From: Pseudomonadota bacterium | GTDB lineage: Bacteria; Desulfobacterota; Binatia; Binatales; Binataceae | Direction of reading: 5' to 3' | DNA length: 64,000 nt | NCBI GenBank assembly: GCA_021324885.1 | Contig: JAJPIF010000029.1 | Span: 1,078-65,077, forward strand | Shown here: positions 29,739-38,789 of the stretch, in pieces | How the letters are laid out: every line of letters starts with the position of its first letter | Position numbering within the stretch: the stretch's first letter is position 1 | The notes under the pieces: generated by a model | Told to the model about the DNA's origin: nothing | Seen by the model: only the letters and a program-made list of their open reading frames with translations | Database searches by the model: none | Translations under genes and position numbers: made by a program

Positions 29739-31007
29739 TTAGATGATGCCGTCGCGTTGAAGCATCTCGATTTCATCCGCACTGAGCCCCAACAGATCGC
29801 CATAGACCAGCCGATTATCCTGACCCAGAGCCGGTGAACCGCGCCAAATCCTGCCCGGCGTCGCCGAAAGCCGCGGCACGACTCCGGTGCCGCGCACTTT
29901 GCCGGCCTCCTCGTCTTCCCATTGGATATGGATGCCGCGGGCCTGATAATGCGGGTTCTCGGCCATGTCCCTGCTCGACATCACTTTGGCGCACGGGATG
30001 CTGAGATCGCGCATCACCGCCAGCACTTCTTCCGAAGTTCGATCCGCCACCCAGGCGCGAAAGAGCGCGTCGAATTCCCATCCCTCGGCCGTGCCGACTT
30101 TATAAGTGATGCCCTGCCACTTCTCGGCTGTGGGATCGAGTCCGAGCAGACGGCAGATTTTGTCGCCATGAGCGGGGAGCGCCGCCGCAACCATCAACCA
30201 TCCGTCGCGCGAACGAAAAGTATCCAGCGGCTGGATCGCGGTGGCGCGGTTGCCCACCCTCTCGCGGATCAACCCGGTTTCGAAGTATTCGAGCATCGTG
30301 GGCCCAAGGATCTTGTGAATCACTTCGAACATCGCCACGTCGATCGACTGACCCTGGCCGGTCGCTCGGGCGTGCATGATGCAGGCGAGCGTGGCGGACA
30401 GCGCGCAAAAGGCGCTGACGTAATCGGCGGTCCAGGGCTGCGCGCGCACCGGCGGCTCAGGATCGGGAAAGCCCATCTGGTACATCATCCCGCCAAACGC
30501 CTGCGCGGTCGAATCGACACAGGCTCGCGGCACGTAGTCGGGATCGCCGGAGTGCCCATAGCCGGAAATATGCGCGATGACGAGGCGCGGATTAGCCTGG
30601 AGAATCGCGGCGTCGTCCAGCCCCCAACGCGCGAAGGTGCCGGGCTTGGACGATTCGATCCAGGCATCGGCCTGGCAGAGCAGCTTGAGAAAGAGGTCGC
30701 GTCCGCGCGGCTTGGAGGGATCCAGCGTGACTCCCAGCATGTTGCGCCGTTCCTGGATCCAGTTGGTCGTAACCGCAGGCTTGGATTTATCCTTGTTGGG
30801 CAGCCGGATTCCCGCCAAACGGTAGGGGTCGCCTTCACCGGCGCGCTCGATGTGGATCACCTCGGCGCCCCATTCGGCGGCGATTTCCGAAGCGAACGGT
30901 CCCGCGATAAAAACACCGGAGGAGATAATGCGCGTGCCGTGAAGCGGACCGAATTTTTCCGCGATCAGCAATTTCCTGCCAGTGACGGCTGTCGTCTTGT
31001 CGCTCAC
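29739..31007 (-). CDS. CoA-transferase family III (CaiB/BaiF) protein
   Basis: IIAGPFASEIAAEWGAEVIHIE N-terminal Rossmann-like region; 422 aa. Confidence 0.88.
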   Translation of the reverse strand: MSDKTTAVTGRKLLIAEKFGPLHGTRIISSGVFIAGPFASEIAAEWGAEVIHIERAGEGDPYRLAGIRLPNKDKSKPAVTTNWIQERRNMLGVTLDPSKPRGRDLFLKLLCQADAWIESSKPGTFARWGLDDAAILQANPRLVIAHISGYGHSGDPDYVPRACVDSTAQAFGGMMYQMGFPDPEPPVRAQPWTADYVSAFCALSATLACIMHARATGQGQSIDVAMFEVIHKILGPTMLEYFETGLIRERVGNRATAIQPLDTFRSRDGWLMVAAALPAHGDKICRLLGLDPTAEKWQGITYKVGTAEGWEFDALFRAWVADRTSEEVLAVMRDLSIPCAKVMSSRDMAENPHYQARGIHIQWEDEEAGKVRGTGVVPRLSATPGRIWRGSPALGQDNRLVYGDLLGLSADEIEMLQRDGII

Positions 31008-31092
31008 CGTGCAGAAAAATAGACCCCGCCCGCATCCCGCTCAAGCGCCCGAGGGCGGCCGATTGCGTTCCAAATTCACCTATGCAGACCTC

Positions 31093-31749
31093 TCAGGAAC
31101 GCGCTTTTATCTCGACCAGCCGCAGCGCCAGTTCGTAATCGGCGGGCGTATTGACGTTGAGGAAGCTTACCAGAGGCTGATTGCAGCCGCGCAGTTCGTC
31201 TTCATTGATGATACGCGCCCGCAGCCGCGGCACCACTTCCTGCAACTTATGCCGCCCGGCTTCGATCATTGCCTGCAGCGCCGGCGCGCAGCTCCGGTAA
31301 TACGCAGCATGCAGCATCTGCAACCGCCCCTCGATTTCAGGAATCGCCGCCTCATAGCCAGCCGCCATCGCGCACAACGTCCTGGCCAGCTCGGCATTCA
31401 AAAAGGGCAGATCGCATCCACAGGCGAACGCGACATCGCCCTTGATCGCATCAAGTCCAAGGCGCAGAGCCTTGAGCGGACCCTCAAAGGGCTGGTCATC
31501 AAACACAACGCGCGCCCCTGAACCTGTCACAACGCCGGCCTGCTCGGCGCGGCACACAACTACAACGTCTTCAAACAGCCGGCTCAGCTCCGCAACCGTA
31601 TGCTGAATCAAGGTCGCCCCTTTCCAGGCCAACGCCGCCTTGTCGGTCCCCATCCTGGAACTGCGTCCTCCGGCCAGAACGATCGCGCTGTAAACGTCCA
31701 CGGCGAAAACACTACCATTATCCGTGCCTCTCCCCCATTCCAGACCCAT
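31093..31749 (-). CDS. mobA: Molybdenum cofactor guanylyltransferase
   Basis: LAGGRSSRMGTDKA motif; ~218 aa from MGLEW start. Confidence 0.8.
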   Translation of the reverse strand: MGLEWGRGTDNGSVFAVDVYSAIVLAGGRSSRMGTDKAALAWKGATLIQHTVAELSRLFEDVVVVCRAEQAGVVTGSGARVVFDDQPFEGPLKALRLGLDAIKGDVAFACGCDLPFLNAELARTLCAMAAGYEAAIPEIEGRLQMLHAAYYRSCAPALQAMIEAGRHKLQEVVPRLRARIINEDELRGCNQPLVSFLNVNTPADYELALRLVEIKARS

Positions 31750-31921
31750 TGCAGGAGCAGCGAAGGTTGGAAAAAAAAGAGTTTGTGAAGGGAGCGACTG
31801 GCATTCGCACGGAACTGACAATGCTTCATTCGAAGTCGGCGGCCCGTCATCCGCGGGCCGGCGAGCTTGAGGATCTCTGCTACAATCCAGGCGCGCACAA
31901 ACGATGCAAGCGAGGTAGGCG

Positions 31922-32332
31922 ATGCGGGAAGATATGATCGAGCTGGCTCACGCCCATGCGGCTGCCGAGGGCAGCGGCGACCTCGAAGCGACCCTGCGAA
32001 CGCTGGAGCCCGATCCGGTGTATGAATTACAGCCCGAAGGCCGGGTGTTGCGGGGGATGGACGCCGTACGCCGTTATTATCAGCACTTTTTCAATAACTT
32101 CCAGCCGCTGGTGGAAGGTTATGAGATGCGCAGCGAATGGATCAGCAACGAAGGCGTTGGCCAGGAATATATAATTCATCTCCGCCTCCCGGACGGCCGC
32201 AAAGAGAATCACGCAATTATCGGTATCCTGCTTTTCGGCAAAACCGGACTTGCCGGCGAGCGGCTGTGGGCAAGCGAACGGCTGCTGCGCCTGATGATGG
32301 GGCCGGTGTATGAGAGCGCTACCGCGATTTGA
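31922..32332 (+). CDS. SnoaL-like / NTF2-fold protein
   Basis: Size and pattern of NTF2-like polyketide-cyclase-type small proteins; 4-nt overlap with next gene. Confidence 0.55.
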   Translation: MREDMIELAHAHAAAEGSGDLEATLRTLEPDPVYELQPEGRVLRGMDAVRRYYQHFFNNFQPLVEGYEMRSEWISNEGVGQEYIIHLRLPDGRKENHAIIGILLFGKTGLAGERLWASERLLRLMMGPVYESATAI

Positions 32333-32469
32333 AAGACGCCCGGCGCCACGCGCGGCCGTTGATCGAGTTGGAGCGCCTGGATTCAAGTGCAAATCTGCGC
32401 CGCCGCGGCGCGCTCGCATGGAGCGTTGCGCTATACTGGCGCCAGCTTCAGGCAAAGGGATTGAGAACG

Positions 32470-33150
32470 ATGGACGAAATCGGGCTATTCGAAGCGATCC
32501 AGACCGCGCGTGCGCTGCGCCGGTTCAAGCCGGAGCCGGTGGCGGACGAACTCATAACCCGCATCCTCGACGCCGCGATCAGGGCGCCTTCGGCCAGCAA
32601 TACGCAGAACTGGGCCTTTGTCGTGGTGAAGGACGCCGATCAGCGCCGGCGCGTCGCCGAGATCTATCGGCGCGCTTTCACCCTGATGACCGCGATGTAC
32701 CGCGAGCGGAAGCCGGCGCCGCATCAGAGCGCGGCCGGCTACAAAAGGATGATGAGCGCGGCCGAACATCTGGCCAATCATCTGCACGAGGTGCCGGTCC
32801 TGATCATCGCGGGTCTGATGATTGCGTCCGCCGGCTTCAAACCGCCGGCCGAGGATGCCCAAAGGGTGGCCTCAGCCAGAGCGATAATCTCCGGCGCCAG
32901 CATCTATCCCGCGGTGCAGAACATGCTTTTGGCATGCCGCGCATTGGGACTTGGCTCGGTGCTGACGACGATCCATGCCTATTACAATGACGACGTGCGC
33001 GCCGCGCTGGGCCTGCCGCCGGAGTTCGTAACCTACGCAATGCTGCCCATCGGATATCCGCAACCAGGATTCGGTCACGGTCCGGTCAAGCGCCGTCCGC
33101 TGAGCGAAGTGGCCTGCCTCGACCGTTGGGGCAATAGTTGGCGCGCCTGA
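32470..33150 (+). CDS. Nitroreductase family protein
   Basis: RAPSASNTQNWAFVVV FMN-binding motif; start MDEIGLFE (ATG 32470). Confidence 0.85.
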   Translation: MDEIGLFEAIQTARALRRFKPEPVADELITRILDAAIRAPSASNTQNWAFVVVKDADQRRRVAEIYRRAFTLMTAMYRERKPAPHQSAAGYKRMMSAAEHLANHLHEVPVLIIAGLMIASAGFKPPAEDAQRVASARAIISGASIYPAVQNMLLACRALGLGSVLTTIHAYYNDDVRAALGLPPEFVTYAMLPIGYPQPGFGHGPVKRRPLSEVACLDRWGNSWRA

Positions 33151-33205
33151 GGAAAGCCCTCCCTGCGCTGCGGGCGGAGCGTCAGCGCAGACCGGCGCAG
33201 GCGCC

Positions 33206-33703
33206 TTAGCGCGGAGCCAGCATCACGTCTCCCGCTTTGATTGCTTCCTCGGTGTTGCGCGCAAGCTTGATTCTGTAGGCCAGTCGGATCAGCCGCTCCG
33301 AGAATCTCCATCCCTCCGGGGTCCGGCGCAGCCGGTCGAAATAGGTGCCGCCGGCCTGGATCAGCGTGTTGTTCTCCTCGCGGATCTCGTCCCAGTAAAC
33401 GCTTGCAGTTGCCGTATCCCCGCTCAGTTCGATCAGCGGATTCTTGTAGCGATGGCGAAGAAGGCGATTGGCCCGGTTATTCACCGCCCTACCCTTGTAA
33501 AATTCCTCGACCGCCTTGCGCCCGTCGTGACGCTCCTGGGGACCGCTGCCGATCTGAACCACGAGGTTGGAAGGATCGTCAAAGGTCGACAACACCATCT
33601 CCAGGTTGACCGTATCCACGCCGCGGCCGTAACGGTACATCAGGTCCCTGATTGCCTCGCGATCGGCCAGCTCGCGAATCAGTCTGGCTTCGTGCGCTTC
33701 CAT
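33206..33703 (-). CDS. NTF2-fold (SnoaL_4/DUF4440-like) protein
   Basis: REAIRDLMYRYGRGVD ... pattern typical of NTF2-like small enzymes. Confidence 0.6.
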   Translation of the reverse strand: MEAHEARLIRELADREAIRDLMYRYGRGVDTVNLEMVLSTFDDPSNLVVQIGSGPQERHDGRKAVEEFYKGRAVNNRANRLLRHRYKNPLIELSGDTATASVYWDEIREENNTLIQAGGTYFDRLRRTPEGWRFSERLIRLAYRIKLARNTEEAIKAGDVMLAPR

Positions 33704-33844
33704 CTATCGCGTTCCTTTCAATGGTTTGGCGTAAGTTAGGCGGCGGGATTTGGCGCGGTCAAGCGCGCGCGCCGGTCGTTGCAAAAGCGATCGCCGCCGG
33801 ATAAAACCCGGACATCCCCGAGGTCCTTAATGGGAGAAACGCCG

Positions 33845-34156
33845 ATGGCACTTTACGTTCACGCGACCATCAAGATAAAACCCGGCAAACTGTTCGAAGC
33901 CTACGAACTGCTGGGCCGCATTGTCCCTGAAATGGAAAAGGGCGGATGGAAACTGGTCGCCGCCTACCAGGGCCTGATCGGCCACACCAGCACGATTGTC
34001 GATATCTGGTAAGTTCCAGACGCCAACGCCGTGCCGGCCTTGATGGGTTCGCTGGCGGCCAATCCCAAAATGGCAGACGTCGCGCCCAAACTGCTCGACC
34101 TCATGGCCGAGGAGGAATTTCTCCAGGTAATGGTCAAGGCGCCTTACTCGCCGTAA
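33845..34156 (+). pseudogene. NIPSNAP/Dabb-like alpha-beta-barrel gene interrupted by a single in-frame TAA (34010-34012)
   Basis: GGGAGA RBS 6 nt before ATG 33845; MALYVHATIKIKPGKLFEAYELL...VDIW(TAA)VPDANAVPALMGSLAANPKMADVAPKLLDLMAEEEFLQVMVKAPYSP stays protein-like in the same frame through the stop. Confidence 0.55.
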
Positions 34157-34524
34157 GCCTTGTGGCGCGCCGCCTCGTCAGGCCGACAGTCAGCGCTTGC
34201 CTGCTTAGGCGCCGATGGCCAGCGCCACGGTTCCATGCCGCGAGTCGCGCAAACTTTCGCCGGCGTTGTTGACCTGCGCCTGCTTCGCTATTTCCGCGCT
34301 GGGGCGGCGCCGAGCAACGCATCGGCGCCCTGCGGGAGCGGGCGCGGGCGGTAGCGGCGCCGTCCGCCGCACGTCCGGTCTGCGATGAAATCGAGCAGGC
34401 CGAAGCGCTGGCGCAAGGTGATGGCGCATCTGGCGACCCCCCGTGTCGTCTCGGCCTCGACGCCCTTGACTTTGATCCGGCGCCGGCCTAAGCGGGAGCC
34501 AGAGAAGCCAGGAGGACCAGGACG

Positions 34525-35631
34525 ATGACCCCACGCAGAGTCATTTCCGCCGATTCTCATATGACCGAGCCGGCCGATTTGTGGCTCGAACGTCTCGATC
34601 GCAAGTACCGCGACGTTGCCCCGCGCGTGGTGCTGAGCGAGGAGAAGAGAGGGCCGGTGTGGATGTTCGTCGGCCCGGGAATCCATCCCACACCGGTGGC
34701 CGGACTGTTTTCCGCCGGCAAGCGCGGCGCCGAACTGCGCGAGCATTTCAAACACGGCTACGATGCGGCGCGGCCCGGCGGATGGGATCCGGTGGAGCGG
34801 CTCAAGGACCAGGATATCGACGGGGTCGTGGCCGAAGTGCTGTATTCGTCGCTGGGGCTCAAGGTGTTTGGCGTCAACGACCCTGAACTGCAGAGCGCCT
34901 GCCTCAAGGTTTACAATGACTGGCTGGCGGAGTTCTGCTCTCACAACTCCAAGCGGTTAATCGGCGTGGGGCTTTATTCGCTCGATTCGCTGCCCGATGT
35001 CTCCGAAATCGAGCGCTGCGCGAAGATGGGGCTCAAGGGCATTTTGATTCTCGCCAGCGATACGATCCCGGTGCCTTACAGCGACGCCAGATTCGATCCG
35101 CTGTGGCGCGCCTGCTCCGAACTGAACCTGCCGATCTCGCTGCATAAGCCGCTGGTCTCGGGGATGGCGGTGACGCCCGCGATGCCGACGGCGGCGGACC
35201 TGCAAATCTACGTCGTGCACATCGTCGAGCAATGCATGACGCGCATGATCTATGGCGGCGTGTTCGAACGATTTCCGCGGCTCAAAGTGATCTCCGCGGA
35301 GAACGACGTGGGGTGGATCGCCAACTGGGCCCATCGCCTGGACCACGTGCACGGCATGATCCCGACCCGCGGCGGCATGACGATGAAGCCCAGCGATTAC
35401 GTGCGGCGCAACGTTTACGCCACCTTCCAGGACGATCCGCTCGGACCGGGCACCTGGCGGTTTTTCGGCGCCGATAATTTCATGTGGGCGTCGGATTTCC
35501 CGCACACCGACTCGACCTTCCCCAATTCGCTCAAAGTGATCGAGCAGAACTTCGCCGGCGTGCCGGATGACGTCACGGACAAAATCGTGTTCAGCAACGC
35601 CAACCGGCTCTACGACCTCGGCCTGTCGTAA
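34525..35631 (+). CDS. Amidohydrolase-2 family protein
   Basis: ISADSHMTEP, SDFPH motifs; RBS CCAGGAGGA; paralog of 13837 and 46006 genes. Confidence 0.88.
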   Translation: MTPRRVISADSHMTEPADLWLERLDRKYRDVAPRVVLSEEKRGPVWMFVGPGIHPTPVAGLFSAGKRGAELREHFKHGYDAARPGGWDPVERLKDQDIDGVVAEVLYSSLGLKVFGVNDPELQSACLKVYNDWLAEFCSHNSKRLIGVGLYSLDSLPDVSEIERCAKMGLKGILILASDTIPVPYSDARFDPLWRACSELNLPISLHKPLVSGMAVTPAMPTAADLQIYVVHIVEQCMTRMIYGGVFERFPRLKVISAENDVGWIANWAHRLDHVHGMIPTRGGMTMKPSDYVRRNVYATFQDDPLGPGTWRFFGADNFMWASDFPHTDSTFPNSLKVIEQNFAGVPDDVTDKIVFSNANRLYDLGLS

Positions 35632-35796
35632 AAGGCGCCAAAAGCTGTCCGGGCCCGCGACGCGGCGCCTCGCAAAACCAACGCCCGCGTCGGCCAGCGC
35701 GCGGCCGGCCGCGACGCGGCGGGTCGGACCCGCTCATGTCAGATGTGAGCCGGATTAAGGCAATCGGCGCTTGGCAGCTTTTCGCGCAGACGATTC

Positions 35797-36708
35797 CTAA
35801 ACCGGCCGCCTGATTTTGCTTTTTGGCACCGGCAGTCCGGGAATATCCGTGCGCGTTTTGTACACGGTGCCGGCCTGGCCTCCACCCTTGGCGCAAACCA
35901 CCACCAGGTCGCGCATGTCGGGTCCGCCGAAGACCAGAGTTACGGGCTTTTTGGTCGGCGCCTCAAACTGCCGATCGACCCGTCCGTCAGCGCCGAACCG
36001 GATGATCATCCCGCCAAACAGCGCCGGCGCCCATACTCCCCCTTGCGCGTCCACCGCCATCCCGTCCGGCCAGCCCCATCCCTCTTCGAACCGCGCGAAT
36101 ACGCGTCGATTCGCCAGACGGCGGTCCGCCGTGACATCGTACGCGAAGATTACCCTGGCAAACGCATCAACGTGATAAAGCGTGTTGCCGTCGGGACTGA
36201 AGCCCATTCCGTTGCTCAGCTCCAGGCCGCCTTCCCAGACCACGCTGACCTTGCCGTTGGGATCGATCCGATACACGTCGCCGGGATCGGTATTGCCCAA
36301 TCCGTCGGGTCTCTTGCCTGGCTTTGGATTGGTGCTGCCGACGAACACGCTGCCGTCGCGATCGACGGTCAAATCATTGAAGCCGTGAGTAAGCTTGCCC
36401 GGATAGGTTTTGAGGAGGTCGGTCAGCTTGCCGCTTTTCGCATCCCAGTACGCCACGCTGGGGCCGCTGACGATCAGGCCGCCGTCTTCGGTAAAGGCCA
36501 TCCCGCCAACGCTCTTGCGATCGGTCGAGATGACGTTCTCGGGCTGGCCGCCGGGGGCGACGCGAAAAACGCCGCCGCCGGTGATGTCCGAGAAGTACAC
36601 GACGCCGTTGTCATCGATGCGGGGCGCTTCCAGCAGTCCGAAACCGGTGGCGATCGCCTCGTATTTCAGTGATTCCATGCTTTGACTCCCGGCACTTCGC
36701 GCGCGCAT
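35797..36708 (-). CDS. SMP-30/gluconolactonase/LRE-like beta-propeller hydrolase
   Basis: Repeated GxDG / NDLTVD propeller-blade motifs. Confidence 0.82.
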   Translation of the reverse strand: MRARSAGSQSMESLKYEAIATGFGLLEAPRIDDNGVVYFSDITGGGVFRVAPGGQPENVISTDRKSVGGMAFTEDGGLIVSGPSVAYWDAKSGKLTDLLKTYPGKLTHGFNDLTVDRDGSVFVGSTNPKPGKRPDGLGNTDPGDVYRIDPNGKVSVVWEGGLELSNGMGFSPDGNTLYHVDAFARVIFAYDVTADRRLANRRVFARFEEGWGWPDGMAVDAQGGVWAPALFGGMIIRFGADGRVDRQFEAPTKKPVTLVFGGPDMRDLVVVCAKGGGQAGTVYKTRTDIPGLPVPKSKIRRPV

Positions 36709-36731
36709 TCCCGTTGCGCGATTGCCTGTGG

Positions 36732-37586
36732 TTATTGAAATCTGGAAACCAGCTTTTCGTGAACCGTGCGCAGCGCGCCCAGCGAATCGCGCGCGACCAG
36801 TTCCGTAGTCGGCAGGACGCGTTCGACGCCGGCGTCCTGCAGGCGGCGGATGTCATCCACCGTGATTCCCTTCCATTGCGTGCCGAAGGTGATTTCCAGC
36901 GGTTTGGCCCGTTGATAGCCCTTTTCGATGGCGCGCAACTTCTTAATCAACGCCAACGCGTCGTTGAGGTTTTTCGACAGCCCATACCATCCGTCGCCGA
37001 GGCGGGCGGCGCGTTTCATCGCGGCCTCGGTGTTGCCGCCGATAATGTATGGCGGATGGGGCTGCTGGACGGTTTTGGGTGCGAAATAAAAGCCACGAGT
37101 CCTGACGGTTTTGCCCTCGTATTCCGGCAGCGGCTGCGTGAACAGGGCCTCCATCAATTTCAGCGCCTCGTTGCTGCGGCGAGCCCGATTGTCCCAGTCC
37201 TCGCCCACCCACTCGAATTCCTCTTTGAGCCATCCCACGCCGATTCCGAACAGAAAGCGGCCGTTGGAGAGCTGATCGAGCGTGGCCACCAGCTTGGCAA
37301 CCACGAACGGATTGCGCAGCGGCAGAACGAATACTCCCGTGCCAAATTTGATTTTGCTCGTGACCGCGGACAGATAGGCAAACACCATCAGCGGGTCGGG
37401 AATTGCGGAGTCGGCGCGCACCGGCGGCACACCGGCCGGATCGTATGGATAGGTCGATTTGAATTCGGTCGGGAAGCCGATATGTTCGCCCATCCAGGCC
37501 GATTCAAAGCCCAATTCCTCCGCCAGCCGGGCGTTGGCCGCCAGATCTTCTCCTCGCCGCTGCCACAAAAAGGCGCCAAATTTCAT
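36732..37586 (-). CDS. LLM-class F420-dependent oxidoreductase
   Basis: MKFGAFLWQR...GFESAWMGEH LLM N-terminus; 284 aa. Confidence 0.85.
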   Translation of the reverse strand: MKFGAFLWQRRGEDLAANARLAEELGFESAWMGEHIGFPTEFKSTYPYDPAGVPPVRADSAIPDPLMVFAYLSAVTSKIKFGTGVFVLPLRNPFVVAKLVATLDQLSNGRFLFGIGVGWLKEEFEWVGEDWDNRARRSNEALKLMEALFTQPLPEYEGKTVRTRGFYFAPKTVQQPHPPYIIGGNTEAAMKRAARLGDGWYGLSKNLNDALALIKKLRAIEKGYQRAKPLEITFGTQWKGITVDDIRRLQDAGVERVLPTTELVARDSLGALRTVHEKLVSRFQ

Positions 37587-37900
37587 CGTCTTCGATCCTC
37601 CTAAACCGGTTTCAAAGTCGGGCGGTCGCTCGGTTCGCGATCGTCAAAACACCACGACCGGTGCGGTATCGTGCGCCAATTGGAAAAAGAGCGCAACTGC
37701 TCTCCGACGTTTGGCACTTTCGGAATTCGGACAATCGGGCCGAGAAATCAGGACGCCCGCTCAATGACCGGACGCGACCAGCGGCTTGTGCGTAAGCTCC
37801 CCGGATTGGGCCAAATGCCACAGCCCGGAGCATTGCCAGTGGAGCGGCGGCAAGCTCGATGATATAGTGCGATGCTTTCGACATCCGTGGAGGATCGAAA

Positions 37901-38785
37901 ATGGTTCAGGTCACCGAGTTGGGCTATATCGGAATTGAGGTCAGCAATCCCGAGGAATGGAAGACGTTTGCCACCGAAGTCGTTGGCCTGGAACTGGCCG
38001 ACGACGGCGAGCCTGACCGCTGGTACCTGCGCATGGATTACTGGCATCACCGGATCGTGATGCATCGTGGGGCGGGCGACGACCTTGCCTACCTCGGTTT
38101 TCGCGTCGCGGGCGGCGAAGAATTTCGCGAGATCCAGCGGCAGTTGGCCGACGCCGGAATCGAGTTTCGCCTTGGCACTGACGAGGAAGCTGCCGAACGC
38201 CACGTGCTGGAAGTTATGAAACTGACCGACCCCGGCGGCAATCCTGTCGAGATTTTCCACGGACCCGAAGTCCAGCCCGGCAAGCCGTTTCATCCGGGAC
38301 GCCGGATGCATGGGCGTTTCAAAACCGCCGGCGGCGGCCTGGGCCATTGCATAATCCGGCAGCACGACGTGAATGCGGCATACCGGTTCTACACTGCCCT
38401 GGGGATGCGCGGCGGAATTGAATACAGGATGCGGATGGGCCAGCGTATCGTCGAGCCGGTGTTCATGCATTGCAACGAGCGCGATCATACAGTGGCTTTC
38501 GGCATCGGCGCCGGCGGACCGCGCCTCAATCACATCATGGTCGAGGTGGAAAACTTCGATGATATCGGGCTGACCCATGAAATCGTCAGCGAGCGCAATA
38601 TCCCGATCATCATCGGCCTGGGCAAGCATTCCAACGATCAGATGTATTCGTTTTACTTCCGCAATCCTTCCGGATGGGCAATCGAATACGGATGGGGCGG
38701 GCGGCCGGCGACGCACCAGTCCGAATATTACGTCAAGGACATGTACCGGCAAAAACTGCCCGGGAACCTGGAACCGAAACGCTGA
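37901..38785 (+). CDS. Extradiol ring-cleavage dioxygenase (VOC superfamily, catechol/dihydroxybiphenyl 2,3-dioxygenase type)
   Basis: Two VOC modules, LGYIGIEVSN start, H/H/E iron-ligand pattern. Confidence 0.85.
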   Translation: MVQVTELGYIGIEVSNPEEWKTFATEVVGLELADDGEPDRWYLRMDYWHHRIVMHRGAGDDLAYLGFRVAGGEEFREIQRQLADAGIEFRLGTDEEAAERHVLEVMKLTDPGGNPVEIFHGPEVQPGKPFHPGRRMHGRFKTAGGGLGHCIIRQHDVNAAYRFYTALGMRGGIEYRMRMGQRIVEPVFMHCNERDHTVAFGIGAGGPRLNHIMVEVENFDDIGLTHEIVSERNIPIIIGLGKHSNDQMYSFYFRNPSGWAIEYGWGGRPATHQSEYYVKDMYRQKLPGNLEPKR

Positions 38786-38789
38786 CCCG

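Noticed and set aside
33150-33206. 8-bp inverted repeat CTGCGCTG...CAGCGCAG between convergent nitroreductase and NTF2 genes
   Set aside because: No T-tract on either side; could act as a bidirectional terminator, but evidence is too weak to call.
35656-35724. 12-nt direct repeat CGCGACGCGGCG occurring twice in the convergent intergenic region
   Set aside because: Only two copies, GC-rich simple sequence, no spacer regularity; not CRISPR-like and probably chance in high-GC DNA.
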